Program-made: the position numbers and the translations under genes | Shown: piece after piece, positions 24,938 through 36,571 of the stretch | How positions within the stretch are numbered: position 1 is the stretch's first letter | Layout of the letters: every line of letters begins with the position of its first letter | Assembly: GCF_041956535.1 (NCBI RefSeq) | Contig: NW_027192194.1 | Span: 1,271,531 to 1,335,530, forward strand | Origin: Calcarisporiella thermophila CBS 279.70 | Taxonomy: Eukaryota > Fungi > Calcarisporiellomycota | Length of the DNA stretch: 64,000 nt | Direction: 5' to 3' | Notes under the pieces: model-generated | Told to the model about the DNA's origin: nothing | Databases searched by the model: none | The model's input: the letters and a program-made list of their open reading frames with translations, nothing else

Positions 24938-27097
24938 TTAGCCCCGGGTCAAGTGGTTCGGCGCATTGTGAAACAGACTCTTCCACATGAAGGCCTCGGA
25001 TAAGAGCAGCTCCACCTCCTTGTCCGTCCAATGCTGAGTCGGGAGGGCCTGCAAGAACATCATGATCTCCTGGAAATCCATGGAGCGGAGCTGCTCGCTC
25101 CACTTCACAAGGAACGCAGCACACACATACAGGTGGAATACGGAGAACCCGTCGGGGCCCTCGGACAGATAGGCGTCCCACATCCGTATTGTGTGGCGCA
25201 ATTGGAACTCGCGCATCAGCAAGCAGTTCATCCATCGGAATGCAAACTGAAGAAACTCGACGCCCTCGGCGTCAAGGTGGGAAGCCAGTGGGACTGAGGA
25301 TCCGTGATTGAAAGAAAAAGAGATAAAAATCAATACATAGTCGAAGTCCGGAGAACCGTCAACAAGTAAAGGCAAAGAAAATGGAACCAATAAAAAACCA
25401 AGGTTCTCAGAGCGGGTCAATGGCAATTGAATTTGTACTTACCATCAATCCGGTATATCAAATCCCTGAGCATTACAATCTGGCGCTGAATCCCAGGCTG
25501 TGCAAAGGTATAGTTATCTTGAATCCCTCCAAGTAATTTGGTTAAGCACCAGAAACTATCGGCCTCCACCACACTTAGCACCTCCCGGGGCAGCTTCGAA
25601 GAGTCGCAAGTCTCTGGATTGCCATCTAAATACCCGATAGAAGAGGGGACTCCTTGAGTCTTCGCAACGCTTTATAGAGGAAGGATGCCATGTTTCGCTT
25701 ACCTATATACGAGGACAGAAATACTTGGAAAAAGGGTGTCACCAAATCGTTGATACCCTGCACATAACCGCTGGCGGGGTGCCGAATGGCCCATACGTAC
25801 AATATCCGTTCTAGACTCTGCTGTGTGGTGGGGCACTGGTACAGAGGGATTCCGGGGTTGGTGCGGGGAACATCAATGCGAATCTACCATAGGCATCGGT
25901 AAATTTCTTGCTTGCTTAAGCAAGGTTAGCATGAAAACAATACCTGATGCCAAATCGTCTGGTCCAGCCCGGATTGACCTCGTGCAAATGCCTGTGCAAC
26001 GCTATCCTCATACTCTTTGCGTTTCCGTGCAAGAGTGGCCGCGCGTCGGTCCGAATTGCAAGGGAGATATCCCTAGGAAAGATGGGGCTTGGTTAGCTTG
26101 AACACAAAGGAGGAAGCGAGAGGGGGGGGGGGGATAGAATCCAGCAGAATGACCTACCAAGAGCAGCTGCCACACCATTGGCCGCATTTTCTCCGGAACC
26201 CCATTCCAGCTCAACTTGCGCAATGCTGTCAGGTCCACGTTGGGAGCCTGTAGCAAGTCTTGGAATTTGCGTAGACGCGTGCCGCTAGCGCTGAGCCGCA
26301 CTTGCTCTGCTTCGTCAAGCTCTTCGTCGGGTCGTGGGGGGAGCCTAAGAAATGCCCTAGAATCACGAAGCGACCCACTTAGTGTCTGATGGCTGGGTAC
26401 CTCGGGCGCGGCTTCCCCCCGCTTTTCTTCAAGGTCGGCTTCATCACCCTCTGCTCGCTCCTCAGCTTGCTTACTTTGCGCGGCTTCCCCTTTCGAAGAC
26501 GGAGCCTCCCTCTCCATTTCGCCCTCAGTCTCCTCACTCTCCCGCATCATCCCAGCTATGCGCCTAGCCTCCCTCAACTGCCGTTCGTCCTCCTCAGAGT
26601 TCCAAGCCTCCCCCTCGTGTGCATCCGCCATAAACTCCGAAAAATCCTTGATAGGCGGTGAGATAGAGGTGGCGGTAGAGGTGGATAACGATCGCATAGT
26701 CCGTATGGTGAGGGGGATGGGGGTGTACGAGTAAGCGGCTCCAGACATGGATGGGGCTGTTGCCCCGGATTTTGATGGCACGAGCTTGACACTATGTAAT
26801 GGATGGACGGGTGAGAGGGATACTCAAATCCTTCGAACATGGAGAATGGATATAGTACCTGCCGGGAAGTGTACCAACATGCTTCCGCCAGAAAGGCTGT
26901 GCTGGCATTCTGTAGGTTGAATATATAAGAAAGGGAATTACAATGCTTTAGCTCAACCTTTGGTCAATGCTCGTTGGTAGCGTTGAAACTTACACAGGAA
27001 TTTGATCTGATCCAAGAAAAAAGTTATCAATAAGAGTAAGCAAACGGTATTAGAAAACACGAGAAAAGGGGACTTGAGATTTACCGCTCTCCATCAT
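24938..27097 (-). CDS. GYP1: TBC-domain Rab GTPase-activating protein
   Basis: LRKLSWNGVP, IRIDVPRT, AIRHPASGYVQGINDLVTPF, FLQFAFRWMNCLLMREF, HLYVCAAFL. The 5' exons are approximate. Confidence 0.9.
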
Positions 27098-27919
27098 CCG
27101 GCACCAGCGATGAACACAATCACGTATAGAGGATTTTCCTAGTGCTCTCCAAAGGAAAGAAATGTCAAAGAATGTGGCGCAGACTTCCATTCCCGTGTCA
27201 AGTGAAATTCATCTATCTTTAGACATGGTCCTCAAGCTTTACAGATTTGTCGGATAGAATATTTGGATTAGAATATTATGATTTATGCAAGAGCCATTCT
27301 ATATATTAGAGGCTTGAAAAGATATAGATGGAGGCTTTATCTGATTATATTCATAGAAGCTTTGCAAAGGAAGCACGCGGCTAGACTACGATTCGTTTTC
27401 TTCGATGCCCTCTAGTTACTAGTCGCATTATATCTTTAGGAATATCCGGAAGATCCTTTGTTAACACACAGTTCAACATAAATAGGGATACAGGTCTAGT
27501 AGTAGATGCAATTACCCTATGCGGGAATGTAAAATTTTACACCAACAGGGTCGGGTTGATGTTATGAAGGGAAAAGGGGGCTTCTTCTAGGTAAAAATGA
27601 CGAAATTTTGGGCTATTAGGGTCGTTGAGGTGAGGGATTGGCTTCTATCCACCGACAAGTCCTGTTTTCTTTTTGCAGACGGGACCGAGAGAAGGGAGAG
27701 AAGGCAGAAATCCAGACAGAAAAGGCCCTTTAAGAGCGGGATTCATTGATATACGCTTGACATTTTTTCTATTCATTCGAGAAGGAAGAAGACTAAAATA
27801 TTCTCAATCGTACAAGCTATCCTCCTCCCTCATTTTTACTAAAAAAAAGGACTTTTTTCTACCCTGTCTTGAATCTTGTTCCGTCAAGGGGACGTCCCCA
27901 GGTAAGAAAGACGGGAACT

Positions 27920-29036
27920 CTATTGCTCGCCCGGGTAAATCAGCTGGTTTTGCCGTCGGATTTCGTCGACACACTCCATAATCGCAAGGGACTCGTCCAG
28001 GCTGACGGCGTTGCTCTCCACGGCACCTCGTGCCAAGCATTCAGCCACATGGTCCGCCTCGAAGTGCATGCCGAAGCCTGGGAAGGGGAATTCGGCGGCG
28101 GAGCGCTTGCCATCATGCGTCTGAATGCTGTAGCCTCCTACTTGGTAAATGGGCTCCTTAACGACCAACGTGCCTTTGGTTCCCGAGATGACCACCCCCA
28201 AGCCGGTGTTGCAGGTAAAACTGCATGAGACACTAGCCAGAGTACGCCCGAATTGCAGGAGGATGGCGGCGGTCTCGTCGACACCCGTGACTTCAGACTT
28301 GACGACGGCACTAGAAACCTTGGGTTTTGTGCTTTGGTTGCGTTTGTAGAGCAACATGAACACCCATGCGAGGGGGTACACCCCAACATCTAGCCAAGCG
28401 TGGAAAATTAGGCGAATGAAATTCCACAGACCGAGCATCCCATGCTCGGACAAGAAACACAAAGTGCTTACCGAGGAGCGCGCCACCTCCCAAAGCCGGA
28501 TCGAGTAGCCGGTGCTGTGGCGTGAGGAGCTCTGCCGGGAAATATTCTCCAAAGTCGGCGCGGATATGCTGAATCTCCCCCAGAGTCCCGTCTTCAATCA
28601 CCTTCCTGATCTCAATGGCGCCCGGGAAGCATCTCGTCCACATTCCTTCCATGAGGAAGAGCCCCTTCTCTCTGGCTAGCTCTATCAGATCCTTGAGCTG
28701 GAGGGCATTAATTGTGATGGGCTTCTCGCAGAGCACATGCTTGCCATTCTCTAGGCACAGACGCACATGGGCATGGTGGAATGTATGAGGGGTAGCGACG
28801 TAGACGACCTGCACGTTGGGATCGCGGACAAGTTCCTCGTAGCTCCCGTAGCAAGCAGGCGGTGTAGCAAGGGCGAATTGCGCCGCAAACTGTTGAGCCT
28901 TGGAGAGGTCGCGCGCCGCCACGCCCTGCACAGTGTGCGAGATGGATGGGTTTGCGCGGAGGATGAGATCGTTGACGAATTTTTTGGCGATGTTTCCTGC
29001 TCCCAGGATACCCCACCTGCATTCCAGAGATGCCAT
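27920..29036 (-). CDS. Gfo/Idh/MocA NAD(P) oxidoreductase (dihydrodiol/D-xylose dehydrogenase-like)
   Basis: WGILGAGNIA, YVATPH, KHVLCEKP, LMEGMWTR, LGGGALL|DVGVYP; one intron ~28391-28472. Confidence 0.92.
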
Positions 29037-29428
29037 GTCGAGCGTGTGGTGAATTGGATCGTCGAAGGGTGAAGAAACAAACGTCGGGAAACGTCACTGG
29101 GTAATCTTTTAGATTACAAAGCGTGGGAGGAGATGACTTCGAGCGACAGATGGTCATCCACGTTACACATGCACAAGCACAGTAGCTCGAGAGAGTTGGG
29201 GGAACGAGGCCCGGTGCAGGAGACCAAATGACTCAGTCGAATCGGAAAATTTGAGCGCAGCCTGCTATATAACTTAAACGTTGCTTGCTGCCCTTCTTTT
29301 TCGTAGCTTGTTCTTTTTCTCTTTCCGAGGAACAACTTCGAATTAAGGTAATCCCCGGGGACCCTTTCCCCCTCCCACTTTCGCCATCCTCCCCATTGAC
29401 CCATCTCCATCTCCATCTCCATAGCACT

Positions 29429-30600
29429 ATGACCTCCTCTTCCGACCTCAAAACCCTGCACCAGAAGCTCGAAGAAGACGGCTACGTCGTCATTGACGGC
29501 TTAGTGCCTCCCGAGCTCCTCCAGCCTCTGCGTGATGCGTGTGAGCGTGCCGTCACTAAGGCTCGCAATGATGAGTGGAAGCACAGGTCCATTGAGCTCT
29601 TACAATAGGACGCTTGTTTTTGCATTCGACTAACGGTCTGTTTCCATTCATTAGGCGTTTGGTCGGGGTCCAGTTCCCCCCGTGGCCTGAAGAGGGGCCT
29701 GACGTGTGGGGTGTCCAGCATATCATGTAATGGGTCTTTTGTGCTTTTGCTTGCTTCCTCTACCGCACTTATGTCCTAGCGCTTACTGTTTGCAATTTCA
29801 ACAGGAACCCCGAACTCGGAGAACCAATCTTTGCCCAGTGGTATAGCTCGGAGAAACTTATCGAGGTGGTGCGCGAAATCCTTGGTGTGAAGGAGGAGGA
29901 GATCCAGCTCGGTGGGTATCCCGTCTTCGCCCTCTCCCCTGGCCGAGCCGGGTGGGATGAGCTGGCATGACTTAACTTTTTGTTCCCTCTAGAGCTGTTC
30001 AACCTGCTCATCAACCCTGCCCAGACCGACTACCAGATCACCTGGCATCGTGACGCCATCGTTCCCGAGGTATCGGAGGAGGAAGAGAAGGAGAAATTGA
30101 AGATTCCGCACTACGGATGCCAGTGGAACACGGCCCTGTATGGTAAGTATCATTCCCCTCCTCCCCCCATTCTCCAGTGACAGACGCTGACTTGGGCTGC
30201 TATTTCGACAGACGACCCATCCCTCATTGTTGTACCTCGTTCCCACAACCGCATTCGCACCCCGGAAGAGCGTCGCGTGACTCTCGAAGACCCCAATGGC
30301 CCCATGCCTGGCCAAATCAACGTCGAACTTAAGGCAGGGCAAACCGTCTTCTACAACAACAACATTCTGCACCGTGCGGTCTACAGCAAGGACCGCAAGC
30401 GCGCGACTCTCCACGGGTGCATGGGATGTGTTTCTGGGGGCTCACACCGCGCTCAGAACATTTTGCAGCACGGTCTGGCTTGGATGAGGTCGGAGGAGTT
30501 CCGAAACTCGCTTCCTGAGAGGATGCACGAGAAACTGGACAATCTCATTCGACTTGCGGATCAGCACACGGATGTAGGCTACTCCCACCCCCGGGCCTAA
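29429..30600 (+). CDS. Phytanoyl-CoA dioxygenase (PhyH)-family 2OG/Fe(II) oxygenase
   Basis: EEDGYVVI, WHRD (HxD), VVPRSH, LKAGQTVFYNNNILHR. Confidence 0.85.
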
Positions 30601-30882
30601 ACTCGGGAAAAGCGCTCTCTAATTTTCTATGTGTATAACCCAAATTTGATTTTATGTTGTTTATTTAAAACCGTATACTACTGCTGTAAACCCATTCCCT
30701 TAGTCATGTTACGATGTATGCAAGGCGGATTTTAAAGAAAGTTCCTGGCGAGAAAGTGTAAGAGATCAAAGTACATTGACTTTGGGCTTGAAACAGTGGG
30801 GGCAAATAAATCCAAAACCAGGGAATATACAACAGCCGAAAATTAATCAATCAACTACTCCAGCTTGCCGAACACCAGGGGC

Positions 30883-31950
30883 TTAAGTTATGCGATCATA
30901 GCTCTCGTGCTGCACATGAGTTTGCAGGTAGGATTGCTGCTTAGCCTCATCCCATCGCCCAAGCAGGGTTTCGCCCGGCGTTCGTCGAGGGCTGGGGTAC
31001 GGCTCGTCGAGCTCAAGCTTATCCCCTCCTTTATATCCGTCTTCACCGTCATACCCCTCGGTCGAGCTCTTTTCGAAAGGCCACCAAGGCACGGTCTCCA
31101 TGGCGCGACGAAACGCCGGATTCAGGGTGAACACCACCAAGTTGAGAACTCCTAGCAGGCCCAGGAGGACGGCGTCGATCTCGACGAGGATCTTGAGAGC
31201 GGGCAAATTGGAATCGCTGGTAATGATGAAGAGCCAGTCCAGGATAATACCAGTAGGCTGTGTAATGATAAGGACGACGGGGTAAAGCAAGATGCGCAAA
31301 ACGGAGGCGATCAGGCGTCGCTCCCTCCTACGGACGTTCTCGGGCACCCCCTCACTTCTCAGCCGTTGCGTTTCTCTCCGTACGCGAATCAGAATCAACA
31401 GGACGACCAAGATAGAATAGAGGATGGCAAGGGCGCTCCACAAGGTCACGCCAAAGAACATGGTGAGAATGGAGGTGCGACGTTCCCAGCCCGGCACGAT
31501 GGTTTCCCACTTCTGGACATAGTCGACCCTGCTCTCGGCCAGCCAGGGGGTATTGACACAAAACGCAATCAGGAATGAGATGGGTGTGTACCACCGCTGA
31601 ATCTTCTTCATGTTGTTGCGATTATGGATAAATGAGAGCTGCAGATCAAGGGCAATGCACATGATTATCAAGGAGCACCACACCCTCAGGAATACACGAG
31701 CAAAGGCAAGGAGTCGAACAAACCAGTGGTGCTGATTGGCTAGAGGGAACATGATCTCATTTGAGTATTCAAGGATGTACTCTATACGCCAGAGAAAATC
31801 AATAAAGCCGATCCAGAATGAGAGCGTGAATGAGATTGTATTGGCAATGTTTGGAAGCGTAAAGCGGAAGTAGGCCACCGTGAACATCATCACTAGCCCG
31901 CTGAATGCTGAAATGGCATTGAGAACAACATGAGGCATTGAAATGAGCAT
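30883..31950 (-). CDS. 7-TM GPCR-like receptor (cAMP-receptor-like), paralog A, intronless
   Basis: About seven hydrophobic segments; CIALDL, RILLYPVVLIITQ and NLVVFTLNP motifs. ATG at 31950 aligns with the start of the paralog at 49373. Confidence 0.78.
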   Translation of the reverse strand: MLISMPHVVLNAISAFSGLVMMFTVAYFRFTLPNIANTISFTLSFWIGFIDFLWRIEYILEYSNEIMFPLANQHHWFVRLLAFARVFLRVWCSLIIMCIALDLQLSFIHNRNNMKKIQRWYTPISFLIAFCVNTPWLAESRVDYVQKWETIVPGWERRTSILTMFFGVTLWSALAILYSILVVLLILIRVRRETQRLRSEGVPENVRRRERRLIASVLRILLYPVVLIITQPTGIILDWLFIITSDSNLPALKILVEIDAVLLGLLGVLNLVVFTLNPAFRRAMETVPWWPFEKSSTEGYDGEDGYKGGDKLELDEPYPSPRRTPGETLLGRWDEAKQQSYLQTHVQHESYDRIT

Positions 31951-32712
31951 GATGCATTCCCTCCGGTAGGCTAGGGCTGAGTGCAGGTGGACAATTGCGA
32001 GGAATGAACAGAAGAGCACGAGGAAACCAGCTGCGGCCCAGTGACTTCTCCTAATGGACTTCTCTGGCTGCTTCGCAATTCTAGGCGACAAACAGCTCCC
32101 CTAACTCTGACGACAAGGTTCATCTAGGAATAGATCAAACTCTATCTCGCTCCAAATTTAATACTCTCTTATACGAAATTGAATTTTGAGATAGACTTCC
32201 GAATTTGGAAACTCAGCATCTTGCATTCATTCGTTGCATTTCACTATTGCAAATTTCAGAGAACGAACTCCTGTTCGAATACGAGAGGCCCGGCGGAAGG
32301 TTTAACCTCAGCTGGCTAGACATTCACAGCGATGCCAGGTGATAGAGGAGGAGTCCTAATAAAAAATGGGCGTCTTGACCCTGAGCGTGAGCCTAGCTGA
32401 ACAGCTTGCTCTGGCACAACGGCCTTGCCATTAAGACAACAGTAGAGAGGGACACGTTCCTTCGCGATAATAACAAGAGAGGGAGATGAAGCATTTCCTT
32501 TCGAAATCCCGGGAACATCGGAGGACACGTTTCTCCCAGAGCGAACACGAATAATCTTTATTTGGCTTCATCGAAAGCTATTAAATAAAAATGATTGACT
32601 ATCTATCCAAGCTTCATCGGGATCATCAGCGGTTGCTCAGTTGGAGGATATGGTTTGATGACAGTAGGGATACAAAACTTTGGTCAGGTAATTGGGCGGA
32701 GCTCATTTCGAA

Positions 32713-33564
32713 TTATTTGCGAGTGATGATATCGATGGTCTTGGTGTGATCATACGGAGGAGTAGACTCGGTGAACAACGAATCGACGCAATGGCTGTGG
32801 AGGATCTCCTGATCATTCTTAGTGCGGAGGTCGTGAATTTCCAGAACCCAGCCAGAAACACGACAAAAGTAGAGGTTGATTGTATTGGATGGATCACGGG
32901 TGACGTGCCAGGCAATCGAGTAAGTGGACCGGTCATCCTCATTAAAGTGCTCCAAGAAACGATTCAAGATATCACCGAACTATCCTCGGGGGAGGGGGGG
33001 GAGGAGGAGGATTATTGGGTGCATTAGACTTTCATTTGACAATCATATCACTATTATCGCCGGGCTTGATACTTACGGCCATAAATTTCCTTATTACACG
33101 TCTCCTTGTTAGATAGACCAAACAAGCAATGATTGGGACCCAGAGAAAAGGCACCAGAATAAATATGATCTGCCACTCATAGTGATAACGAAACTCCCAA
33201 GGAGAGATGATGGCGATGAGGAGGAAAGTAACAAAATAAATGGCGAAACTAGCAATGTTAAGCAGCATGAAGACCGTGTAGGGGCAGAGGACAGGAAGTT
33301 TGTCGGCAGTGAAAAGCTCGATGATTTCGATGCGTCGCTCGAATATTTCTTGTGGAAGCTAAGGGTGGGGAGACAAGGGGGAACATCATCAAGGTTAGCC
33401 GCCTCCTCTTTCGGATTAAAATAGGCCGCGAAAGGATGCATTACCAGCTTGGGGAGCTGAGAATAATACGGGAGTACCACTTTGAACCGGTACCTCATGG
33501 AAAAGAGGTTTGGTTTGGCCAGAGGGAAGAGGGCCAATACTTTGTGGTTCTCCAAAGTTTCCAT
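32713..33564 (-). CDS. Uncharacterised 2-TM protein with C-terminal PPxY, paralog 1 (~222 aa, 3 exons)
   Basis: Exons 33445-33564, 33077-33358 and 32713-32979 join in frame via GT-AG introns. Clear homology with the gene at 35208-36008. Confidence 0.75.
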
Positions 33565-35207
33565 TGTATTATAACTGAATGACTCGTCACCGAAAGGTCT
33601 CATTTGCGATATGGCTACCATCAGCGAAATCGTGTTTATATAATTCAAGGTCGCTTTTTGGTTATGGATATTTTTCTTGGCCAAAGCTGTTTATGAACTT
33701 TGTCGAGCAGACTAGCATAACTACGGCCTGTCTCTCTCTCTCCCAATTATACCCATCTCCATCCTTTTTTTGTGCACCTCGACCTTATTCCTCCCCCTCT
33801 TTTTCTCAAACCTCATTGCAATTGAACTGCTTGGGATCTAACCCGAGGGAGGCTAGGTTGGCGAATCAAAAGCAGCCAAAACAATAGGATGCAACACCGG
33901 CACGCAGTAGATAAATTGGGATAAAGTCGACCCCGTTGGGCTCCCATTCAACCACGTTTCAAGGGAGTACAGACGGCTTATAAAAGCCTCCTTATGCTAA
34001 TCCTGTAGGATTTTTGACCTCCGATGTCCAAGGTCCATTCCACTGAATCCTGGAGGCCATCAGTGTACCGATTGCTCTAGCCTTTTTGATGGGCAACCTG
34101 CAGCGTCATATTTGAGCTTGGAAGAGAGGGATACCGCGGTCCTAATATGCTTAAAGTTGGCGCCCTTTGGATACCGGTTGGCCTGTTTTTGTTTCCAAAG
34201 AGAGAGGAAATTTGCCATCTGCTCCAAAAGACGTTCATTAACAGGCAGGTTTCATATACTATATAGATGTTCACTTGGAGAACAATATTTATTTCATATG
34301 GGAAACCACGAGTTGGACCCCACTTCCATTGCATCTGTATATTAATTCTTTTCGAATCGATCAACATTGATGTAATTGGGTTTGTTGTATTGAAAACCAT
34401 TATAGAAAAAGTGAGGCGTACTCGTAAAGGAATTTCAAGTAGAGGACGGAAAGCTTAAATTGAGCCAAGTAGATTCCACAAACCTAAGTCTGCGGTGGAG
34501 CGCGACCGTGTTTGCAAAGTATTATCAAGAACGAATTCTATACTTACATCTCTTATCTCAGCATTCCCTGGTTAGCGGTAAACTCACAATAAAACTGGGA
34601 CACATAGGCGATAATAGATTATCATCATGCAACACAGATAGAAGGCCCTGCACAAAATATAGCCACAGCTAAGGAGAAAGGGGAGGTATAGTAGAAGTAG
34701 TACAAGGCTTCTGGACCTATTTTTATATTTCAAATCTCTAGTGGACACGTTGAAATTTTATTGCTAGGATTTCAACACCGATAGAAGCTTCTGAACTCGT
34801 GATGATGCTCGGAGGGAATTACTGTTTTGAGGAACGCTAAGCATTACATAGAGGTAGACGACCTGATACGGCAATAGAGCACAGAAGCTATTAATAAAAG
34901 AGATACCGAAGCCTGAAGATACAATCTGAAGACCTAATGAACATACTCCGAAAAAACATTGCTAGTGCATTCCAAATTGTCGTTAACAACAATACTATTC
35001 TCGGTTGAGATACTATTGCGTGGACGGAGAACGAAAATATATTTTATTAGTTCCTTGGATGGCTTAATATGGCAATGGAGTTTATTGAAGACTTAAAAAA
35101 AATTATACAGAATGCATCGCCAGACGATGGCCTTGAAAAACAAAAAGTCGATCTTGACTTCAAGCGATTAATAAAATACCTTCTGTTCAAAATTAAATAC
35201 ACTGGTG

Positions 35208-36008
35208 CTAGAATCGATCTTTAGGTACAATTTTAATGAGCGGTAACTCTTCATACGGCGGGGCCGATTCCACGGACACTTCTTCGGGTTCGGTTTGGGG
35301 TTCAACTCCATAACGAAGGTCATGCACCTCAATGACCCAGCGGGGTAGCCGACGCAAAAAGAGACGAACTGGCCTTTGATCATCCCGAACCACTCTCCAG
35401 GAGGTCATATATTTTGCACCGTCTTCTTTCGTGAAATGGTTCAAAAGGTCGGCAAGAGCGTCTCCGAACTGATGTGGATACAAAAGTAAAAATATAAATA
35501 AGAGGGTGATCTTTCGGTCTTTTAAACCATTATTTCTTATTACCGTAAGATATTTCTTGGCTGCTAGGCCTCCTAAATATACAAATGCTCCAATGAACAG
35601 CGTGGACCACGCCACTAAAGACAGGAAAACGTTAAGGAGATACCAGGACTGATTATGCCACTGTGATTGTTCTAATCTAACAATGCCAGTGTAGAGGATA
35701 TGCAATAAATAAGAGGCGATGATGAGGAAGAGGACTGAGGCATAGTATGGAAAAAAGGAGAGCTTGGCTTCTATCAAGTGCCCTATTAGTTTCATACGCA
35801 GTTCAAAGTCTTCTTGCGATACCTGTCATTGAATAGATTAATTAAAGCAATGTAAAGGGAGGCGTTAAGACAAGATGAGTGTCTCAGACTCGCTGTTCGT
35901 ACTTACGATTCTAAAGAGTGGGCATAAAGCCAAATCGAACTTTATTTCGGTCGAGAATATCGACGGCTGAAGGAGTGGAAATCTTGCTAGGACACCTGGC
36001 TGTCGCAT
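35208..36008 (-). CDS. Uncharacterised 2-TM protein with C-terminal PPxY, paralog 2 (~213 aa, 3 exons)
   Basis: Exons 35907-36008, 35544-35822 and 35208-35468; same phase-0 intron positions as paralog 1. Confidence 0.75.
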
Positions 36009-36571
36009 TATTTCATTCAAGGAGCAGGAGGTAAAAGTAGAAAAAAAATAAATAGAGAAAGTAATTGAAGGGGGAAGAGGCTTTGATAATTATATTTTAT
36101 ATCGCTCGGAGAGCAGACCGAACTCCTGCTTGAGTTCATAATCAAGGTTATGGAAATTTTTCTTGTCTGTGTTTAGATTCCATTTTGTAGGACGAGCGCA
36201 ATTTTGCCGTCTAACTTACTACCAAGCAAATTAATTCATACCAACCAACACTCTCGGAAAGTGGGTGGGGTAGGGATCTATTGTTCAAAGCATCCACCTT
36301 TCTCAACCGCCCTTTGCATTGAGCCATTTTGTATGTGATGTCTACCTGTTCTATTTTAGAAACGTGATGGAAAAGAAATAATCCCACAGTTGTGAAAGAT
36401 CAATCATCTATTGTTCAAGTAGGATAACTCAGTAGAGTCCGTGGCAAGGAGAAGAGAAATAAAATAGGTGGAGATATAATAGAGTCCATTGTTTTTTTTT
36501 TTCAGTAAAAGTACAAGCGATGTGAAGAAAATAAAGTGACAAGAAGATAAACGAAGCCGGTGTGAAGTGTG

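Noticed and set aside
31951-32091. 46-aa N-terminal extension of the 7TM ORF in the ORF track
   Set aside because: Begins at a non-ATG codon, and the paralog starts at the equivalent of ATG 31950.
33900-35170. Possible decayed element or pseudogene between the two PPxY paralogs
   Set aside because: Only short broken ORFs with no recognisable transposase, RT or paralog motif.
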